Part shown: piece by piece, positions 25,702-29,386 of the stretch
Numbering within the stretch: position 1 is the first letter of the stretch
How the letters are laid out: each line of letters opens with the position of its first letter
IMG/VR virus record: IMGVR_UViG_3300048902_000079
Coordinates: 1-29,386 of that record
DNA length: 29,386 nt
Reading direction: 5' to 3' (one strand)
From: a virus
Taxonomy: Duplodnaviria; Caudoviricetes
Program-made: the position numbers and the translations under genes
The notes under the pieces: model-generated
What the model was told of the DNA's origin: nothing
The model's database searches: none
What the model saw: only the letters and a program-made list of their open reading frames with translations

Positions 25702-28133
25702 ATGAAAAACCCCCATCCTGCACAGGCTGTCCTTACTTCGACCGCCCAATGGTTAGAGGAGACGGCCACCCCTCAGCCACCCTCTTCATCCTCGGACAGT
25801 CTCCGGGTGATAGGGAGAGGGAGTCGGGCAAACCGTTCCAAGGCCCCTCGGGTGAGGTGCTTAACACTGCACTTCGAAAAGCTGGTATTTCCCGGTCCCA
25901 GAATTACGTTAGTAACATGGTTAAGTGTTATGTACCCGCGGGAGAAAAAGTACACCCGGAAGCGGTTAAACACTGCAGACCTCTCCTCAACCGCGAGATG
26001 GAGCTTCTCCCTAACTGCAAAACAATACTTACAGTTGGTAAGGAAGCTTTTGATGGAGTGACAGGGAAGGATATGAAGTTGGTTCACGTTAGGAAGTCTC
26101 ACGAAGAGGATCCTAACGTCTGGTTGAGAGGAGCTCCTTTTGTTCTAGGTAGTAAGATAGTTATAGGGACAGCTCATCCTTCTCACGTTATGCGAACTGG
26201 ATTCATGAACGCTCCCACCTTTGAGCATGACGTAGATAGGGCAGGGAAGTTTGCTGAGGGTGAGTTGAAAATAGTCGAACCTGTATTCATCCAGAACCCC
26301 TCTGATAAGGAGTCTGAAGAGTACATTTCTCTCATCCTTAATAAAGGTAAGGGCGGTCTCGATATAGAGACTCCTCGTTACATGTCCTTAGATGAGGATG
26401 AAGCTGATGCTGTTACTGACATCCCAGTTACTCAGATAGGGTTATCTGCTAACCTATATGAGAGTATTATTATCCATCCTGATCAGTTTCATCTCCTCGA
26501 ACCTCTTCTCGGGGGAAATCATGAAGTCATTCTCTGGGCTTATGGAGCTGGGTTTGACTTTCAACATCTAGGCAAGAAATGGTCGTTGAAAAACGTAAGA
26601 ATAGCAGACGCCATGATCGCCTTCTATCTTCTCTGGTCCGACCTTGCAACTGATCCCTCAACAGGAAAGAAGAAGAAGGGAGGAGGAGCGTTTGATCTAG
26701 CAACAGCTCAGACCTACTACTCAACTACTCCCTACTATAAGAACTGGGCGAAGTTAAAGCCTGAACTATACAACACTCTCGGCAACTGCTACGACACCTA
26801 CACTGTAATAGAGATTGGAGAGCGCTGTCTGGAAGAGATGAGAAGGAAGAAACAGAATATGGAATCCCTCTTCTGGTCTTTGATGCCTGTGATTAAGGCA
26901 ATCGAACCTTGGAGAACGACTGGATGCAAATATGATACTAAAGAGAGCATGACACTCTTAGTCACACTCTCCAAAACTCTTGAGGCTTATGAGAAGTTCT
27001 GGAGAGAGAAACTTCCTCTAGTTGATTGGGGTTCTCCCAAACAGTTAGTAACTCTCTTCACAGCAATGGGGTTAAACGTTCCAAAGAAAAAGAGACCTAA
27101 TGGCAAATACACTCCATGTGTGGATGATGACACCCTTGAAACTTTCAAGAATAAGGGAGTTCAACTTGCAGGTCTAATCCAAGAGATGAAAATGTTACGT
27201 CATTCAGGAGACTTCGTCGATCTTGCAGATAAGGACGGAAAGGTTCGAACTCGAGCTAAACTCCATGGACAGTCTGGAGGAAGAATACAACTTGTTGATA
27301 AAGCACTCCAAACTGTACCAGAAAAGTTAGGAGGAACTTTTCCTAGAAGTTTGTTCATTCCAGACCATCCAGATGATCTCATACTCGTATCCGACTTTAG
27401 CCAGGCTGAATTCTTCATCTACGCCTGGTACACCCAAGACCCAGAGTTGTTAGCTATTCATAAGTCAGGAGACTACTGTTATGGATTCTTCCACGAAGAA
27501 ATCTGGAAAGAGCCGTACTTCCAGGAAGGCAAACCGCGCCAAAAGAAGTATGCGAGGAAAGACATCGAGCCATGGAAACTCCTCGTCACCAAATCATATC
27601 CCCTCGGATTTACTTATGGACGTAGGGCGGTGGAATCTAAGTATAAATGGCTCCTTGACTGGTATCATAAAAAGTTTACCCGTGTTGCTCCTTTCCATTC
27701 AGAACTCATCTTCCAAGCAACGAGAGACGGGTATCTGCAAACTGTCTATGGTAGGATGCGAAGGTTCCCTAACCCGAGAGGCCAGCACAATCAAATCCTC
27801 GCCTTCCCGGGACAAAGCACACTCCCAGATATCCTCATCCGAAGTGCTATTCTCCCACTTACAGAACGCCTTCCACGCTATTTTGGTGAACGATCAAGAG
27901 TACTTTTCACGGTCCATGATAGCGTCGTATGCAATATTCATGGAGCGGCACGAGTATGTAAGACTGCAACAGATGCAATCGATCTTGTGTCCGAAACTTT
28001 ATCCTCCCCAATCCCCGAAATGAACGGGTTCTTCTTGCGATGCGAGACGAAGATAGGTCCAAACTGGCAAAACGTCCACACCAAGGAGCAATGGTATGAG
28101 CAGAACAATACCAGAGCAGTTAGCACTGTTTAA
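25698..28133 (+). CDS. polA: Family A DNA polymerase with N-terminal UDG family 4-like domain and 3'-5' exonuclease domain (811 aa)
   Basis: ATGA overlap with folE. UDG-like CTGC, GQSPG..E...PFQGPSG, NMVKC, HPS; ExoI LDIET; polymerase motifs A DFSQAE, B KSYPLGFTYG, C VHDS. Confidence 0.92.
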   Translation: MNEKPPSCTGCPYFDRPMVRGDGHPSATLFILGQSPGDRERESGKPFQGPSGEVLNTALRKAGISRSQNYVSNMVKCYVPAGEKVHPEAVKHCRPLLNREMELLPNCKTILTVGKEAFDGVTGKDMKLVHVRKSHEEDPNVWLRGAPFVLGSKIVIGTAHPSHVMRTGFMNAPTFEHDVDRAGKFAEGELKIVEPVFIQNPSDKESEEYISLILNKGKGGLDIETPRYMSLDEDEADAVTDIPVTQIGLSANLYESIIIHPDQFHLLEPLLGGNHEVILWAYGAGFDFQHLGKKWSLKNVRIADAMIAFYLLWSDLATDPSTGKKKKGGGAFDLATAQTYYSTTPYYKNWAKLKPELYNTLGNCYDTYTVIEIGERCLEEMRRKKQNMESLFWSLMPVIKAIEPWRTTGCKYDTKESMTLLVTLSKTLEAYEKFWREKLPLVDWGSPKQLVTLFTAMGLNVPKKKRPNGKYTPCVDDDTLETFKNKGVQLAGLIQEMKMLRHSGDFVDLADKDGKVRTRAKLHGQSGGRIQLVDKALQTVPEKLGGTFPRSLFIPDHPDDLILVSDFSQAEFFIYAWYTQDPELLAIHKSGDYCYGFFHEEIWKEPYFQEGKPRQKKYARKDIEPWKLLVTKSYPLGFTYGRRAVESKYKWLLDWYHKKFTRVAPFHSELIFQATRDGYLQTVYGRMRRFPNPRGQHNQILAFPGQSTLPDILIRSAILPLTERLPRYFGERSRVLFTVHDSVVCNIHGAARVCKTATDAIDLVSETLSSPIPEMNGFFLRCETKIGPNWQNVHTKEQWYEQNNTRAVSTV

Positions 28134-29386
28134 ACAGGCAATGGAGGGGAAGAAGTTGCCTCGCTCCCACCCTGCTTTTGAAGGTGTGACGGGGTTTTTG
28201 AAGACTCTCCACTCAGGCTCCGTACCGGTAGACGAACGTGAAGCGTTAAAAACCCTGGTGTGTGAGACATTCTCCTTAACAACCGACGAACTAATCGAGG
28301 TGGTATATGGAATTGGACAAAACGGCAACTCCTCCCTCAACGGGAACCAAGTCGGAGCCAACTACAAACGCTCAAACTACGACCCGGAGTTGGCTGAGAG
28401 GGAGCTTGACGCTCTCATACCAGAGACGGGATTTTTTAGAGATTACGTTGATTATACCTCTAGGGCGGAAGCGCCTCTTCCATACCACTTCTTCTCTTCT
28501 GTTGTTGGGGTCGCGGCCGTGTGTAATCGTAGAATTTGGGTGGAAATGGGGTATTTTAACTTCTATCCAGCAACCGGGGTCATTATCTTGGGACCATCTG
28601 GTCTGCGTAAAACCTCTGCAGCGGATATTATCGTTAAAATGCTACAGGAGTTACAGATAACGCCGATCTATTCCGAGAAGTTAACCCCCGAAGCGCTAAT
28701 TGACTCCATGAAAGGTGAAAATGCGACTGGACTTATTTATGCTCCCGAGATGGCGGTCTTCCTTAACAAGCAAAAATACAACGAAGGTCTTGTGCAGCTT
28801 ATTACACGTTTCATGGACTGCCCTGATGAGTGGGCTAGTGGGACTATTATGCGGGGAAAGACTCCTCTACGTAATATTGCCATATCAGTCCTCATGTGCT
28901 CCACACCTGATTGGTTTGTCACCAATATTCCAGAAGATACTTTCGGGGGTGGCTTTGTGGCTCGCAATCTGCTGGTTGTTCAGGAATCCTCAGCTAGATG
29001 CGAGCCTATACCAAGACCTGGAGATCCTACGATCAAAGAACGACTGATGATGCAACTCGCGTGGTTTCACACATTTATGGGGGCTTGTAAAATCGAAGGC
29101 CATACGGGTATCCACGGCTGTCGATGTAAATTCTGCACCTGGTACCGCAAACACACACTCGACTCCCAACACCCCGAACATGAATTGTTGGGGACGTATT
29201 ATCAGAGAAAACAGGGACACGTCGTACGACTCGCGATGTGTCTACACGTAGGAACTCACTATGAATACGACATCCATACGATTTGTGAGGAGTGTTTTGA
29301 ACGAGCTGTCAAAATACTTGACTGGAACGAAAAGTTCCTGCCTAATCTCTTTAGACAGTTGTTCAAAACTCAAGCGGGTCAGGACG
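28096..29386 (+). CDS. DUF3987/YfjI-type P-loop helicase (partial, runs off right edge)
   Basis: Not in the track. Manual translation from ATG 28096: EAPLPYH, Walker A LGPSGLRKTSA, LTPEAL, APEM, STPDW, GGGFVAR; no stop before the edge. Confidence 0.8.
   Translation, partial: MSRTIPEQLALFKQAMEGKKLPRSHPAFEGVTGFLKTLHSGSVPVDEREALKTLVCETFSLTTDELIEVVYGIGQNGNSSLNGNQVGANYKRSNYDPELAERELDALIPETGFFRDYVDYTSRAEAPLPYHFFSSVVGVAAVCNRRIWVEMGYFNFYPATGVIILGPSGLRKTSAADIIVKMLQELQITPIYSEKLTPEALIDSMKGENATGLIYAPEMAVFLNKQKYNEGLVQLITRFMDCPDEWASGTIMRGKTPLRNIAISVLMCSTPDWFVTNIPEDTFGGGFVARNLLVVQESSARCEPIPRPGDPTIKERLMMQLAWFHTFMGACKIEGHTGIHGCRCKFCTWYRKHTLDSQHPEHELLGTYYQRKQGHVVRLAMCLHVGTHYEYDIHTICEECFERAVKILDWNEKFLPNLFRQLFKTQAGQD

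Noticed and set aside
28307-29220. Short track ORFs at the right end
   Set aside because: Explained by a single open frame from 28096 carrying helicase motifs.
1-29386. Alternative genetic code, or a host assignment
   Set aside because: All long genes read through in code 11 with normal stops; no sequence evidence here fixes the host.

Overview
Fragment of a tailed dsDNA phage genome with two divergent arms meeting at about 10.3 kb. No host genes, integrase, tRNA or CRISPR array were seen. The minus arm (1-10.2 kb) is morphogenetic: terminase small and large subunits, portal, scaffold, capsid-associated proteins, major capsid protein, and a long Gly/Thr/Ala-rich fibre-like protein that runs off the left edge and carries a Sec-type signal peptide. 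The plus arm (10.4-29.4 kb) has about 25 small early ORFs, a VRR-NUC nuclease, and a recombination module (Cas4/RecB-like nuclease, Sak4-like ATPase, SSB-like protein). It also encodes the full preQ0 (7-deazaguanine) synthesis set (queC, queD, queE, folE) interleaved with HNH and DUF3310 genes, a UDG-like/3'-5' exonuclease/PolA fusion polymerase, and a DUF3987-type helicase running off the right edge. Main observations: (1) the Sak4-like ATPase looks circularly permuted; (2) a CCACTGG box lies exactly 26 nt upstream of a -10-like hexamer at six sites and also caps a 230-bp inverted repeat that may be the origin; (3) the preQ0 pathway is coupled to a polymerase with unusual active-site residues, with no dpdA in the window; (4) QueE has a CX31CX9C motif; (5) the fibre-like protein looks exported and disulfide-bonded; (6) several intergenic regions look like structured RNAs. 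All family calls come from reading motifs by eye; no database searches were run.
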